Assembly (NCBI GenBank): GCA_963730605.1
Contig: CAVSSM010000002.1
Span: forward strand, 256,001 to 320,000
DNA length: 64,000 nt
Source of the DNA: an uncultured Chlamydiae bacterium
Lineage (GTDB): Bacteria > Chlamydiota > Chlamydiia > Chlamydiales > SM23-39
Direction of reading: 5' to 3'
Position numbers and translations under genes: made by a program. Below the pieces are notes generated by a model. The model saw only the letters and a program-made list of their open reading frames with translations. It did no database searches and was not told the DNA's origin. The stretch's first letter is position 1, and the number at the start of each line of letters is the position of its first letter. Positions 52,562-63,890 of the stretch are shown here, one piece after another.

Positions 52562-53934
52562 ACCGCCCTCGAAAACTTGCCGCGGCCAAGGTAAGCGTCG
52601 AAGGCGGAGGCGACGAGGCGGATGAAAAGTTGACCAAGCGGGGTCGGGAGGATTTTTTCCGCCGTCTCTTCGATCAACCCCTCCTTTTTCAACTCCTCGA
52701 GTTTTTCTCTTGCCGCCGCAAAATGGGTATCGAACTCGAGCCCAAAGCGGGAAGCGAACTCGGACTTATCCAAATCGAACTGGCACATCAGCGTTTGTAT
52801 GACCCAGCGGCGCCGGATATCTTCTTCTTGTAAAGAGAAGCCCCTCAGTACCGGAAGTTTGCCGCTTGCGACTTTTGCCTCATAGTCTTCGAACGCTGTG
52901 GCGTTTTGGAAATAAGCGCCCTCGAAAAACCCGATCGATGTCATCCCGAACCCTAGCATGTCTTCGGACCTTTTCACGGCATACCCCTGGAAATTGCGGG
53001 TGAGCCTTTTTTCCCGAAGAGCGGCTGCAATCGAGTCGCCGGGAAGGGAGAAATGGTCCATCCCGATCGGTAGGTACCCCCTTTCCATGAACTTTTCCCT
53101 GGTCTCGATATAAATCTGGAACTTCTCTTCGGTCGAGGGAAGAGCGGAGTCGGGAATCGCTTTTTGGTGGGGTTTGAGCCAAGGGACTTTTGCGTAGGAA
53201 TAGAATGCGATCCGGTCGGGTTTAAGTAGGACGAGTTTTTCAGCGGTTTTTGCAAACGATGATGGCGTCTGCAAAGGCAGCCCATAGATCAGATCGACAT
53301 TGATCCCATTGAATCCTAGATCTCTTGCAAGGTGAACCGTTTGAATGGTCATCTCCTCACTCTGGCGCCGCTTGACCGCTTCTTGAACGGCCGGGTCGAG
53401 ATCTTGCACGCCAAAGCTGACCCGGTTGAAGCCGAGGCGTCTTAAAAGGGCAAGTTTAGAACCTCCGTCTGCAAAAACTGTGCGCGGATCGATTTCGATC
53501 GAAATCTCAGCTTCTTGAGCCAAATCGAAATGCTCATGAAGTCGGGCCATCAAGGACTCGAGCTCTTCCTCGGTCAAAGACGTTGGAGTCCCCCCGCCCA
53601 GATGGATCTCGGAGATGGCCCTTTTCTTCAGAAAATAGCCCGCTGTCCGTTCGATTTCTTGAATGAGATGGACAAGATACCGCGCTTGGCGCATCGGCTG
53701 GCGGTTCAGCACCACAGAACAGCCGCAAAAAAGGCACATCGACTTGCAAAAGGGAATATGGAGATAGAGGGAAAGCGGTTTTTCAGTCCGGTCGAAAGCT
53801 TGGAGCTTCTGGACGAGCTCAACGTGCGCCATAGAGTGAAATTGGGGCGTTGTGGGGTAGCTTGTGTAGCGAGGAACGGGGCGGTCGAATTTCGCAAGAA
53901 GCATTGGATCTAACCGGATGATTTCCCGACTCAT
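52558..53934 (-). CDS. hemN: Oxygen-independent coproporphyrinogen III oxidase
   Basis: PRYTSYP, CxxxCxxC and RNFQGY motifs. Confidence 0.95.
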   Translation of the reverse strand: MSREIIRLDPMLLAKFDRPVPRYTSYPTTPQFHSMAHVELVQKLQAFDRTEKPLSLYLHIPFCKSMCLFCGCSVVLNRQPMRQARYLVHLIQEIERTAGYFLKKRAISEIHLGGGTPTSLTEEELESLMARLHEHFDLAQEAEISIEIDPRTVFADGGSKLALLRRLGFNRVSFGVQDLDPAVQEAVKRRQSEEMTIQTVHLARDLGFNGINVDLIYGLPLQTPSSFAKTAEKLVLLKPDRIAFYSYAKVPWLKPHQKAIPDSALPSTEEKFQIYIETREKFMERGYLPIGMDHFSLPGDSIAAALREKRLTRNFQGYAVKRSEDMLGFGMTSIGFFEGAYFQNATAFEDYEAKVASGKLPVLRGFSLQEEDIRRRWVIQTLMCQFDLDKSEFASRFGLEFDTHFAAAREKLEELKKEGLIEETAEKILPTPLGQLFIRLVASAFDAYLGRGKFSRAV

Positions 53935-54896
53935 GTTTCCTTTAGCGCCTCCACAAGCGTTCTTACGGCCTCCACCGAGACATCGGGCTTGACCCCATGG
54001 CCGAGCCCCGCGATAAAGCCCGGGTCTCCTTGCATACTCATCTTCAACTCGAGCGCCTTTTGCCGGATTACATCATGAGGCGCATAGAGAAGATCGGGAT
54101 CGAGATTTCCTTGCAGGGGCTGTTTCGTTTTCTTTCGAACTTGGGGAAGAGGCGTTTGCCAATCGAGGCTCAAAGAGCAAGGCAGCTCGGAGAGATCGTC
54201 TAAATGAATCCCCGCTCCCCTCATGAAAAGGATCGTTGGCGCATCAACTGCTGCAATCATTTTCCGGTAGTAGGGAAGGCAAAACCGCCTGAAATGCTCC
54301 TTCGACAAGACGTTAGCCCAGGAATCGAAAATCTGTAAAGCCGCCGCGCCGGCTTCCCTCTGGCGCGCCATATAGGCGATCGACACCTCCGAGATCCGAT
54401 CGAGCAGCTTCTCAAAAGTTTCCGGCGAGCGGTAGGCCCACTGTTTGGCGCCAACGATTCCTCCTTCGACAAGATAGGTCGCGACAGTGAATGGGGCTCC
54501 GCAAAAACCGATCAGAGGAACCTTAAGCCGCGGGACTGTCAGTTGGATCGCCTCGATGACGGACCCTAGCTTTTCAAGATCGGAGGAGAGGAAGGGGGTG
54601 AGCTTCGCCGTCACTAAGGGATCGACCCGAGGCCCTTCCGAAAAATCGAGCTTGAGCCCGAGGGCGAGGGCGAGGACGGTGATATCGGAGAAAATGATGG
54701 CCGCATCGACCCCCAATTGTTCCACCGGCATGAGGGTGATCTCCGAGGCAAGTTCCGGATTGAGGAAGAGTGTTTTGAGCGGATATTTTTTTCGAATGCG
54801 CTGATAGGAGGGCATATATCGCCCTGCTTGGCGAAACAGCCAGACAGGGGGGCGGCTTGAGTTAGCGTTCTTTAAAGCATCCTCCAGGAGGCTCAC
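53931..54896 (-). CDS. hemE: Uroporphyrinogen decarboxylase
   Basis: RQAGRY, FSDI, QGNLDP and LGHG motifs. Confidence 0.95.
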   Translation of the reverse strand: MSLLEDALKNANSSRPPVWLFRQAGRYMPSYQRIRKKYPLKTLFLNPELASEITLMPVEQLGVDAAIIFSDITVLALALGLKLDFSEGPRVDPLVTAKLTPFLSSDLEKLGSVIEAIQLTVPRLKVPLIGFCGAPFTVATYLVEGGIVGAKQWAYRSPETFEKLLDRISEVSIAYMARQREAGAAALQIFDSWANVLSKEHFRRFCLPYYRKMIAAVDAPTILFMRGAGIHLDDLSELPCSLSLDWQTPLPQVRKKTKQPLQGNLDPDLLYAPHDVIRQKALELKMSMQGDPGFIAGLGHGVKPDVSVEAVRTLVEALKET

Positions 54897-54926
54897 AAAA
54901 CTCTCTTTTCTGTATTCAAAAAAACC

Positions 54927-55080
54927 AAGGCTGCGGAATCACAAAAAAGATCAGGGATTTGATCTTTTTTGTGCGGAGTAGGTCCTTTGGCGGGTTCAAG
55001 GGCGGAGCCCTGAATCTTGCTCATCTTGTTTTTGCCATTCAACCCCAAAAGCCCTCATAGGGCTTTTGGAGACCCCCTAA
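54927..55080. repeat. Palindromic repeat built from the same modules as the MITEs
   Basis: AAGGCTGCGGAATCACAAAAAA-stem-TTTTTTGTGCGGAG; similar to 59881-59940. Confidence 0.7.
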
Positions 55081-57100
55081 GAGGCTTGGTCATGAGCCTT
55101 TCGATGATGGCGTCGACGGTGAAGCCAAACTCTTGGGCAAGATCGGCTGCTGGGGCCGAATGGCCAAACCCTTCCATGCAGATCGCGACTCCATCCATGC
55201 CGATATATTTATGCCAGCCAAATTCAACGCCCGCTTCGATGGCAACCCGCGTCCCTAAATCGCCGCCGGCGATCGAGTGTTTATACGCATCGTCTTGTTT
55301 TTCGAAAATGGCCCATGCCGGCATCGAGACGACTCGGACGCTCTTCCCCATCTGCTCGAGCTGATTGCCTACATCGAGAGCTAAAGAGAGCTCGGAGCCC
55401 GTCGAAAAGAGGGTAAAATCGGGTTTTCTCTTTTCTTTTTTCACGATATAGGCCCCTTTTGCCATCCCATGATCGTAGGGGACGTTCGTCTCCGAAAGTT
55501 CTGGCAGCGCCTGCCGAGACACGACGATCGCAGTGGGGCCCGTATAGCGGAGGGCCGAGATCCACGCGTGGCGCACCTCATGGGCATCGGCCGGCCGGAT
55601 CACATGCAGATGAGGCATGGCGCGCAAACTGGCTAATTGTTCGATCGATTGGTGCGTGGGGCCGTCTTCGCCGAGGAAAATCGAGTCATGGGTAAATTGA
55701 TAAATGACGTGATAGTGCGAAAGGGCGGCAAGCCGGATCGCATTGCGCATGTAGTCGGAAAACGTGAAGAATGTACCGCAAAAGGGCTGGAACATCCCTA
55801 AGACCGAGAGGCCGCTTGTCATGGTGGACATGGCAAATTCCCTGACGCCGTATTTGATGTTCCTTCCCGTAAAATTTTCGCTCGTCACGATGGGGAACTC
55901 CTTCATCAGCGTGAGATCGGAACAGGAAAGGTCGGCTGAGCCGCCGACGAGCTGAGGCAATAGTTTGCCAAGCGTTTGCAAGAGGGTCTGAGAGGCTGCC
56001 CTCCCCGCGATCGGCGACTTGATCTCTACAAGTTTCAGCGTCTCTTCTAAATCCGTTGGGAGATGCCGCGACTGCATCTTCTGAAATTCGGCGGCCTTGT
56101 CAGGGTAGCTGACGGCCCAGCGCCGGAAAAGATCGTTCCACTCGGCCTCCAAAGCGGCCTCCTTCGGAAGCTTCTTTTCGAAAAAGGAGAGGACCGATTG
56201 GGGGATGTAAAATTCTTCTTTGGGCAATCCAAGAGCTTCTTTTGTAGCGAGAACTTCTTCCGGCCCAAGAGGGTTGCCGTGAACCTTCGAGGTTCCTGCT
56301 TTATGGGGAGAGCCTTTCCCGATCACCGTTCTCAAGACGATCAAGACCGGCTTGTCCTGTTTCCTGCGGATCTCGTTGAAAGTCGTTTCCATTCCGTCGA
56401 AGTCATAGCCATCGATGTCATAGACGTCCCACCCATAGGCTTTATAGCGTCCTTTCGTATCTTCCGATAAACATTCGGAGGTCGGCCCATCGAGGCATAC
56501 ATGGTTGGAGTCGTAGATCAAAACAATATTATCGAGTTTGAGATGCCCAGCGAAGGAAGAGGCCTCGGCAGAGATCCCCTCCATCATGCATCCGTCGCCG
56601 GCGATACAAAACACCTTGCCGGTGAAAAGGGGGTAGTCCTCCTCGTTGAACCTTGCGGCGAGCAGTTTCATCCCGAGCGCCATCCCGATGGCGTTGCCGA
56701 CCCCTTGGCCCAACGGGCCGGTCGTAGCTTCGACCCCGTCCGTATGCCCATATTCCGGATGCCCCGGCGTTTTGGAGTGAAGCTGGCGGAAATTTTTGAT
56801 CTCGTCCAAAGAGAGCTTGAAACCGGACAAATGAAGGCAAGAGTAGAGCCACATCGAACCGTGGCCGGCAGAAAGGACAACGCGGTCGCGGTTCAGCCAT
56901 TTCGAATTTTTTGGGTTGTGGCGTAAATGGACGCCGTAGAGGAAAGCGCCGAGCTCCGCGCATCCCATGGGCATCCCGGGGTGGCCGGAATTGGCTTTTT
57001 GCACCGCGTCCATGCTCAAGCCCCGGATCGTGCCCGCGACTTTGGATAATTGTTTTTTTAGATCGTCGTCCATACGAAAAATTTCCTGTTTTTGAACCAT
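55055..57100 (-). CDS. tkt: Transketolase
   Basis: SGHPG, GDGCMMEG and THDSIFLGEDGPTHQ motifs. Confidence 0.97.
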   Translation of the reverse strand: MVQKQEIFRMDDDLKKQLSKVAGTIRGLSMDAVQKANSGHPGMPMGCAELGAFLYGVHLRHNPKNSKWLNRDRVVLSAGHGSMWLYSCLHLSGFKLSLDEIKNFRQLHSKTPGHPEYGHTDGVEATTGPLGQGVGNAIGMALGMKLLAARFNEEDYPLFTGKVFCIAGDGCMMEGISAEASSFAGHLKLDNIVLIYDSNHVCLDGPTSECLSEDTKGRYKAYGWDVYDIDGYDFDGMETTFNEIRRKQDKPVLIVLRTVIGKGSPHKAGTSKVHGNPLGPEEVLATKEALGLPKEEFYIPQSVLSFFEKKLPKEAALEAEWNDLFRRWAVSYPDKAAEFQKMQSRHLPTDLEETLKLVEIKSPIAGRAASQTLLQTLGKLLPQLVGGSADLSCSDLTLMKEFPIVTSENFTGRNIKYGVREFAMSTMTSGLSVLGMFQPFCGTFFTFSDYMRNAIRLAALSHYHVIYQFTHDSIFLGEDGPTHQSIEQLASLRAMPHLHVIRPADAHEVRHAWISALRYTGPTAIVVSRQALPELSETNVPYDHGMAKGAYIVKKEKRKPDFTLFSTGSELSLALDVGNQLEQMGKSVRVVSMPAWAIFEKQDDAYKHSIAGGDLGTRVAIEAGVEFGWHKYIGMDGVAICMEGFGHSAPAADLAQEFGFTVDAIIERLMTKPLRGSPKAL

Positions 57101-57223
57101 TCTCAGCCAGATGCCCTTATCCCCGCAAGAAGTTCTTGCGGTAGAGCTTGCCGAAGAGCTTGCAAAGGGCGAGCTCCTTGGGTAGACTTGGTAAACTTAA
57201 GACCCAAGTACTGTAGAGTTTTT

Positions 57224-59851
57224 ATGTTGTCCCAAGAAATCCGCCGCTCGTTCCTCAACTATTTCAAAAGCCAGGGGCATACGGTCGTCCCATCGTCGCC
57301 CGTCATTCCCCATGACGATCCGACCCTTCTTTTCATCAATGCGGGAATGAACCAATTCAAGGACATTTTTTTGGGCAAATCCAAGCGGGAATATACCCGG
57401 GCGGTGACCACGCAAAAGTGCATCCGCGTCGGAGGCAAGCACAACGATCTCGATAATGTGGGGCACACTTCCCGCCACCTGACGTTTTTCGAGATGCTGG
57501 GGAATTTCTCTTTCGGCGATTATTTCAAGAAGGAAGCGATCGGGTACGCCTGGGATGTAGTTCTGCACGTTTATGGCTTCGACCCGGAGAAGGTGTGGGT
57601 CTCCGTCTACAAAGACGATGACGAGGCGTTTGCTCTTTGGGAAAAGCATGTGCCGGAGAAGCGGATCGTCCGCTTCGGCGAAAAGGAAAATTTTTGGACC
57701 ATGGGCGAGACGGGGCCTTGCGGGCCTTGCTCCGAACTGCTTTACGACCGGGGCCCGAAATACGGCGCCGCAACGAGTCCCGTAGAAGACTTGACGGGCG
57801 AGCGCTATCTCGAATTTTGGAACTTGGTCTTCATGCAATACGATCGCGGCGCCGGCGGCAAAATGGAGCCGCTGCCAAAAAAATCGATCGATACCGGATC
57901 GGGCCTCGAGCGTGTAGCCTCGCTCAAACTCGGCGTCGATTCCGTCTTCCAGACCGACGTCTTGAGAGGGCTTATCGCCGCTACGGAAAACTTGAGCGGG
58001 AAAAAGTACGACCCTGAAAACGGCCTGCTCGCCCCAGCGTTTCATGTGATCGCAGACCACATTCGGAGCCTTTCGTTTGCGATCGCAGACGGCGTCCAGC
58101 CGAGCAACACGGCCCAAGGCTACGTCCTCCGAAAAATTTTACGGCGCGCCGTCCGCTACGGGCGGATGCTCGGCGTGCAGCGCCCGTTCCTTGCCGATAT
58201 CCTGCCGCGCCTCGTCCAGTCGATGGGAGATGACTTCCCGGAGTTGAAAGCAAGCCAGCTGCGGATTGCCGAGATCCTCACTTTGGAAGAGGAGTCCTTC
58301 ATCCGCACCCTGGTGCGGGGTGGGGAGCTCTTGAACTCCGTCATCGGTGCCTCCAAGAAAGCCTCTCAGAAGATTTCGGGCGAAGACGCATTCAAACTGA
58401 AAGATACGTATGGCTTCCCTCTCGAAGAAATCCTCCTGATCGCCAAAGACGAAAACTTAGGAGTGGACCTTCCCCGCTTCGAAGCTCTTGAAGAAGAGGC
58501 CAAAGAAAAGTCGCGAAAAGCCCACAAGAGTGCCGCCCAAACCTTCGAATCCAATTTCTTCGACGATTTTACGAAGGTACATGAACGGTGTCAGTTCCAG
58601 GGCTATCAAAAGATGGCGGGCGACGCTCGCCTGATCGGCATCGTAGTCGACGGCAAGTTCACCGATGCGATCAAAGAGGGCGAAGAAGGGCTACTTCTTC
58701 TCGACGCTACTCCGTTTTATGCCGAGATGGGAGGACAGGTCGGAGATACGGGACGGATCGGCAAAGGAGAAAGCTCCTTCCACGTCTACGACACCATCGC
58801 CCCCTATCCCGGAGTCATCGCTCATCTCGGGAAAATGACGGGAACACTCCGAAAAAATGACTCGGTCCATGCCACCGTCGACGCCTCCCGCCGCGCCGAT
58901 ATCCAAAACAACCACACCGCGACTCACCTCCTCCATTGGGCCCTGCAGACCGTCCTTGGGCCCCACATCAAACAAGCCGGATCTCTCGTGGATGCGAAGC
59001 GGCTCCGCTTCGATTTCAGCCACCATAAGCCGGTAAGTTCAAGCGAACTTCGCCAAATCGAAGATCTCGTCAACGAAAAAATCCGCGCTGACGTCCCAGT
59101 CCAAGCCTATGAGCTCTCCTACGACGAGGCCCAAAAACGGTCCGACATCAAGCAATTCTTCGGCGAAAAGTACGGATCGAAGGTCCGCGTCATCGACGCC
59201 GATTTCTCGAAAGAGCTTTGTGGCGGCACCCATACCGCCCGCACCGGCACGATCGGCTATTTCAGGATCGCGAAAGAAAGCAGCATCGCCGCCGGAGTGC
59301 GCCGGATCGAAGCGGTGTCGGGGCGCGCTGCCGAACAATTCGTCCGAGGCGAAGAGGACCTCCTCCAATCCCTCGCCACCTCCCTTAAAATCCCCGCCTC
59401 AGCCCTTCCCGAAAAAATCGATGCGCTTCTCGAAGAGAATCGCAACTTAAGCTCCGAACTCAAAGGACACAGGAAAGGGCTCCTCAAGCAACTCTCCGAC
59501 GCGTGCCTTTCCCAAAAAGAAAAGGCGGGCCACATCTCTCTCATTGCGCAGGAAGTGGCCATCGACGCGGATGAGATGACCGCCTTTGCCGAAGAGCTGC
59601 TAAGGCACCTGAAATCGGGCGTCGTTGCCCTTGGAGCGAAAGTGGGAGAAAGATGCCAGCTACTCATTGCGGTCAGCCCCGACCTCGTGCAAAAAAACAT
59701 CCATGCCGCGGCACTGATCAAAGAAGCGGCGCCGTTCATCTCAGGCGGTGGCGGCGGCAAGCAAAACCTCGCGCAAGCAGGAGGAAAGGATCCCAAAGGA
59801 CTCTCCAAAGCGCTCGACAAAATCCGGGAGCTTTTGAAAACCGCGGGTTAA
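57224..59851 (+). CDS. alaS: Alanine--tRNA ligase
   Basis: NAGMNQFK, HTATHLLH, ELCGGTH and GVRRIEA motifs. Confidence 0.97.
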   Translation: MLSQEIRRSFLNYFKSQGHTVVPSSPVIPHDDPTLLFINAGMNQFKDIFLGKSKREYTRAVTTQKCIRVGGKHNDLDNVGHTSRHLTFFEMLGNFSFGDYFKKEAIGYAWDVVLHVYGFDPEKVWVSVYKDDDEAFALWEKHVPEKRIVRFGEKENFWTMGETGPCGPCSELLYDRGPKYGAATSPVEDLTGERYLEFWNLVFMQYDRGAGGKMEPLPKKSIDTGSGLERVASLKLGVDSVFQTDVLRGLIAATENLSGKKYDPENGLLAPAFHVIADHIRSLSFAIADGVQPSNTAQGYVLRKILRRAVRYGRMLGVQRPFLADILPRLVQSMGDDFPELKASQLRIAEILTLEEESFIRTLVRGGELLNSVIGASKKASQKISGEDAFKLKDTYGFPLEEILLIAKDENLGVDLPRFEALEEEAKEKSRKAHKSAAQTFESNFFDDFTKVHERCQFQGYQKMAGDARLIGIVVDGKFTDAIKEGEEGLLLLDATPFYAEMGGQVGDTGRIGKGESSFHVYDTIAPYPGVIAHLGKMTGTLRKNDSVHATVDASRRADIQNNHTATHLLHWALQTVLGPHIKQAGSLVDAKRLRFDFSHHKPVSSSELRQIEDLVNEKIRADVPVQAYELSYDEAQKRSDIKQFFGEKYGSKVRVIDADFSKELCGGTHTARTGTIGYFRIAKESSIAAGVRRIEAVSGRAAEQFVRGEEDLLQSLATSLKIPASALPEKIDALLEENRNLSSELKGHRKGLLKQLSDACLSQKEKAGHISLIAQEVAIDADEMTAFAEELLRHLKSGVVALGAKVGERCQLLIAVSPDLVQKNIHAAALIKEAAPFISGGGGGKQNLAQAGGKDPKGLSKALDKIRELLKTAG

Positions 59852-59854
59852 TCA

Positions 59855-60012
59855 AGGGCTTCGCCCTCGAACACCCAGCAAAGGCTGCGGAATCATAAAA
59901 AAGGCCAGGGGTTTGGCCTTTTTTATGCGGAGCAGGTCCTTTGCAAACCTAATTATGGGTTTCAAAAGGGCAAAGTCCTTTTGCGGAGATCGAGGCGGAG
60001 CCTCGAATGTTA
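59855..60012. repeat. Palindromic repeat module cluster
   Basis: AAGGCTGCGGAATCATAAAAAAGGCCA..TGGCCTTTTTTATGCGGAGCAG. Confidence 0.7.
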
Positions 60013-60065
60013 ACACATTTCTGTATTTCTGTGTATGTGGTATAGTTTTCTACCTTGGAGGGCAT

Positions 60066-60305
60066 ATGAGCACAAGAACAGCTAGGCTGACCATAGACAT
60101 GGACAAATCTGATCACAAACGCCTGAAAATGGCTGCGTCTATGATGGGCGTTACTATTAAAAATCTGGTTTTGATGAGCGTGGACGAGTTCATGCATCGA
60201 AAACCAAACAAAGTGACTGTGAAAGCCATGAAACAGTCAGAAATTGGGAAGGGGATCAAAAAGTTCAATAACCTCGACGAGTTGTTTGACGATCTTGGAT
60301 TATAA
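60066..60305 (+). CDS. DinJ/RelB-like antitoxin
   Basis: RHH-like N-terminus and PNKVT..AM...LDELFDDL. Confidence 0.85.
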   Translation: MSTRTARLTIDMDKSDHKRLKMAASMMGVTIKNLVLMSVDEFMHRKPNKVTVKAMKQSEIGKGIKKFNNLDELFDDLGL

Positions 60306-60577
60306 TGCTAATTCCTGTCAGAACAACCCAATTCAAACGAGATGTCAAGCTGGCCGAGAAACGAGACAGGGACATGTCCAAACTAAAGAAAGTGATGGAG
60401 AAGCTCGCCAATGAAGAAGATCTGGATCCGAAGTATCGCGATCACAAGCTAACTGGCAACTATAAGTTCCATCGGGAGTGCCATATTGAACCCGATTGGC
60501 TTCTTATCTACCGCCTTACCGCAACGGAAATCCACTTCGTCAGAACCGGAACGCATACGGACCTTTTCAAAGAATAA
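60305..60577 (+). CDS. yafQ: YafQ-family mRNA interferase
   Basis: RDHKLTG..RECHIEPDWLLIY..RTGTHTDLF. Confidence 0.93.
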   Translation: MLIPVRTTQFKRDVKLAEKRDRDMSKLKKVMEKLANEEDLDPKYRDHKLTGNYKFHRECHIEPDWLLIYRLTATEIHFVRTGTHTDLFKE

Positions 60578-60578
60578 G

Positions 60579-63500
60579 ATGAAATTAGAGACTAGCCCAT
60601 CGCTTTCGGCATTTCTCGAGGCGCTCAAAAAGGGCGGATCGTTTCTCGTTGAGGGGCTATGGGACACTCCGAAGGCTTGTCTTGCCTCCTCCATCGCCAA
60701 AGCGACTGGCAGGCCGCTCCTTCTCATTACTGGCGGGATGCGGGAAGATAGGCTCTTTGGCGACCTTGGGTTTTTCGCTCCGGGAGACTGCATTGAGTTT
60801 CCGGCTTGGGAAACGTTGCCGGGAGAAGAGATTGCTCCGAGTCCGGATATTTTGGGCAAGAGGTTCGAAGCGATCCATTCGCTCATCCATCGAAAAGCTC
60901 CTCCGATTCTTTTGTGCCCGTTGCCGTCGCTGCTTCAAAAAGTTCTGCCTCAAGCCAGCGTACTGCCTCTCCTTACGGTTTGGAAAAAGGGAACGGAGAC
61001 TCCATTCGAGAGCCTCCCGGAATTTTTGACATTGCTTGGGTTTGAAAGGGCGCCTGTCGTCTCGGATAAAGGGGAATTTGCCATCCGGGGCGGGATCTTG
61101 GATCTTTTTCCTGTCGCCTCCCCCGACCCATACCGGATCGAATTTTTTGGCAATACGATCGAAGAGATCCGCACCTTCGATCCCGTTGGCCAAAAAACGG
61201 TTGGGAAAGCGGAGCAGATTTTCTTATCGCCGGCTGTTGAGCTCCCTTTTTTGCGGGGAGCGAGCCGCCTTTGTCCGATCTTCGATTATCTCGGGGAGGA
61301 TTTGATTGTCCTTTGGGACGACCTTCTTGCCATCGAGGACACCTATGTCGCCTTGAAAGAGATGCCCGCGGCCCGCTCTACCTTTCTTTATTCCCTCGAA
61401 GAGATCTTGAAAAAACTAGGGAGCAAGACGCAACATATTTTCTGCTCGGCCCACAACATCGAAGATCTTTCCCAGGTGGGAAGGGTTGATAAACGGAGCA
61501 AATATTTGGCCCCGATTTCTTTCGAAGCCTTCCAGCAGCCGTTCGTTGCGACGAGGTTCTTCCATCCTTTTTGCAAAATAGAGCCTGTGGAAGAAACTTT
61601 GGAAAGCAAGGAGCTCTCGGTCCTCTTCCTCAATGCGAACGATACGGAAGAAGAAGAGGTGAAAAAGCGGCTGAAATCCTGGCCTGAAAAAAGCCGCTTT
61701 GAAAAAGGGGTTCTTACCTCAGGGTTTCTCGTCTCCGATATTCCTTACGCCGTCATCCCGAATGCGGAGATCACACACCGCTCCCATGTCCGCCGGCAAA
61801 AGTGGCGCAGCACCCACCACACCCCCGCTGCCGAATTCCATGACATTGACCCCTGGCGATTTCGTCGTCCATTTCCACAGCGGCATCGGGCGCTATCTCG
61901 GCACCGAAAAACACACCAACCATCTGGGCGAAGAGACCGAATTTTTATCCTCGAATACGCAGATGAGAGCAAGCTCTTCGTCCCCCTTTCCCAAGCTTAT
62001 CTCGTCTCCCGCTACATCGGCGCCCAAGAAGAACCTCCTCATTTGAGCCAGCTCGGCGGCAAACGATGGCAGGCGACTGCGCTAAGCGCCCAGGCCCAAA
62101 TCGTCGGCTATGCGAATGACCTTCTCCAGCTCTAAGCAGAGACGGGCGGTCAAAGGGGGCTTCCGCTATCCGCCGGATGGCGCCTATGATGCGGCGGTTC
62201 GAAAGGGATTTTCCCTACACGGAAACGGAAGATCAGCTGCTGGCGATCGGTGCCATCAAAGAAGATATGATGTCCGATAAAGCGATGGACCGACTCATTT
62301 GCGGCGATGTGGGCTACGGAAAAACCGAAGTGGCGATGCGCGCCGCTTTTAAAGCCGTCGTCGACGGGGGCAAACAGGTCGCCGTCCTGGTTCCGACCAC
62401 GGTGCTTGCCATGCAGCATTTCGAGACATTTTCAGAGAGGATGCAGGCTTTCCGATCCAGGTGGACGTCGTCTCTCGATTTCCGACTCTCCGAAAGAGAT
62501 GCGAGAGACGCTTGCAGAAAACGGCCAAGGGGAAGTCGACATCCTCGATCGGCACGCACCGGCTCCTTTCTGCAAGATGTGAAATTCAAAGACCTCGGCC
62601 TGATCATCATCGATGAAGAGCAACGCTTTGGCGTGCGCGCCAAAGAACACCTCAAAAAATTCAAAGCGGGCGTCGATTGCCTGACCCTCTCGGCAACTCC
62701 GATTCCCCGCACGCTTTACATGTCTCTCGTCCATGCGCGCGATATGTCGGTCATCAATACGCCGCCGCAAGACCGACTTCCCATCAAGACGATCATCGCC
62801 GAAACCGAGCCTGAAGTTGATGCAAAACGCGCTCCTCCGAGAACTTCGCGCGGACGGCCAAGCCTTTTTTATCCATAACCGCGTCGAGACGATCTACGGC
62901 AAAGCCGAACGAATTCCAAAAACTCGTCCCTGCCGCAAGCAGTTGGGATCGTCCACGGCCAGATGGATGCCGACGAGATCGACTCCGTCTTCCACCGCTT
63001 CAAAAAAGGCGAGATCGACCTTCTCTTCGCCACGACCATCGTCGAAAACGGCATCGATATCCCCAATGCCAACACGATCCTCATCGACCGCGCTGACACC
63101 TATGGACTCGCTGACCTCTATCAGCTCCGCGGGCAGAGTCGGCCGCTGGAACCGGTCCGCCTACGCCTATTTCCTCATCCCGAAACAGTCGCGCCTCCCG
63201 AAATTTCCCGCAAGCGCTTGAACGCTCTCGTCGAATCGGGCGGCTACGGCGGCGGCATGAAAATCGCCATGCGCGATCTAGAAATCCGCGGCGCGGGCGA
63301 CATCCTCGGCGTCCAACAATCGGGCCAAGTCTCGGCGATCGGCTTTCATCTCTATTGCAAGCTGCTCAAACGGGCCATCGACGCCCTCAAGAAAAAGACG
63401 CCCGATTTCCTTCAATGAAACCAAGATGGAATTTCCCTACGACGCCCGTCTTCCCGAAGACTACATCAACGAGGTCTCGCTCCGCATGGAGCTCTACCAC

Positions 63501-63814
63501 CGCCTCGGCGAAGCCGCAACCTGCTGCGAGAATCGACGAACTGCTCGCCGAAATGAAAGACCGCTTCGGCCCGCCCCCGCCGCCCGTCCTCTGGCTCTAC
63601 CACCTCGGCTCGCGTCCGCGCCTTTGCCGCAGCCAACCACTTCACGCTCCTCAAGTTCAACACCGTCTCTTTCCAAGCCGACCAGCAAAAAGGAAAACTC
63701 ATCGACAAAAAGACCCTGCTCCTGGCTAAAAAAGTTCAAACGCCCGAAGCGCTCGAAGCTCACGTCATCGAGGAGTTGAAAAAACATTTCGTATGCGAAA
63801 ACGAGGTGAAGTGA
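60579..63814 (+). CDS. mfd: Transcription-repair coupling factor (multiple apparent frameshifts)
   Basis: [37 protein letters not shown] and RDLEIRGAG motifs. Confidence 0.93.
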
Positions 63815-63843
63815 GAGCTAGGGACGTTAAAACGCCTGCACTG

Positions 63844-63890
63844 AACCTATCTCAATAAATCTATATTAAAAATCTTTATTGAGAGAGGTT
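63844..63890. repeat. Inverted repeat downstream of mfd
   Basis: AACCTATCTCAATAAA ... TTTATTGAGAGAGGTT. Confidence 0.5.

Noticed and set aside
57197..58117. Long antisense ORFs opposite alaS, the integrase and tkt
   Set aside because: Shadow ORFs from codon bias, with no motifs.
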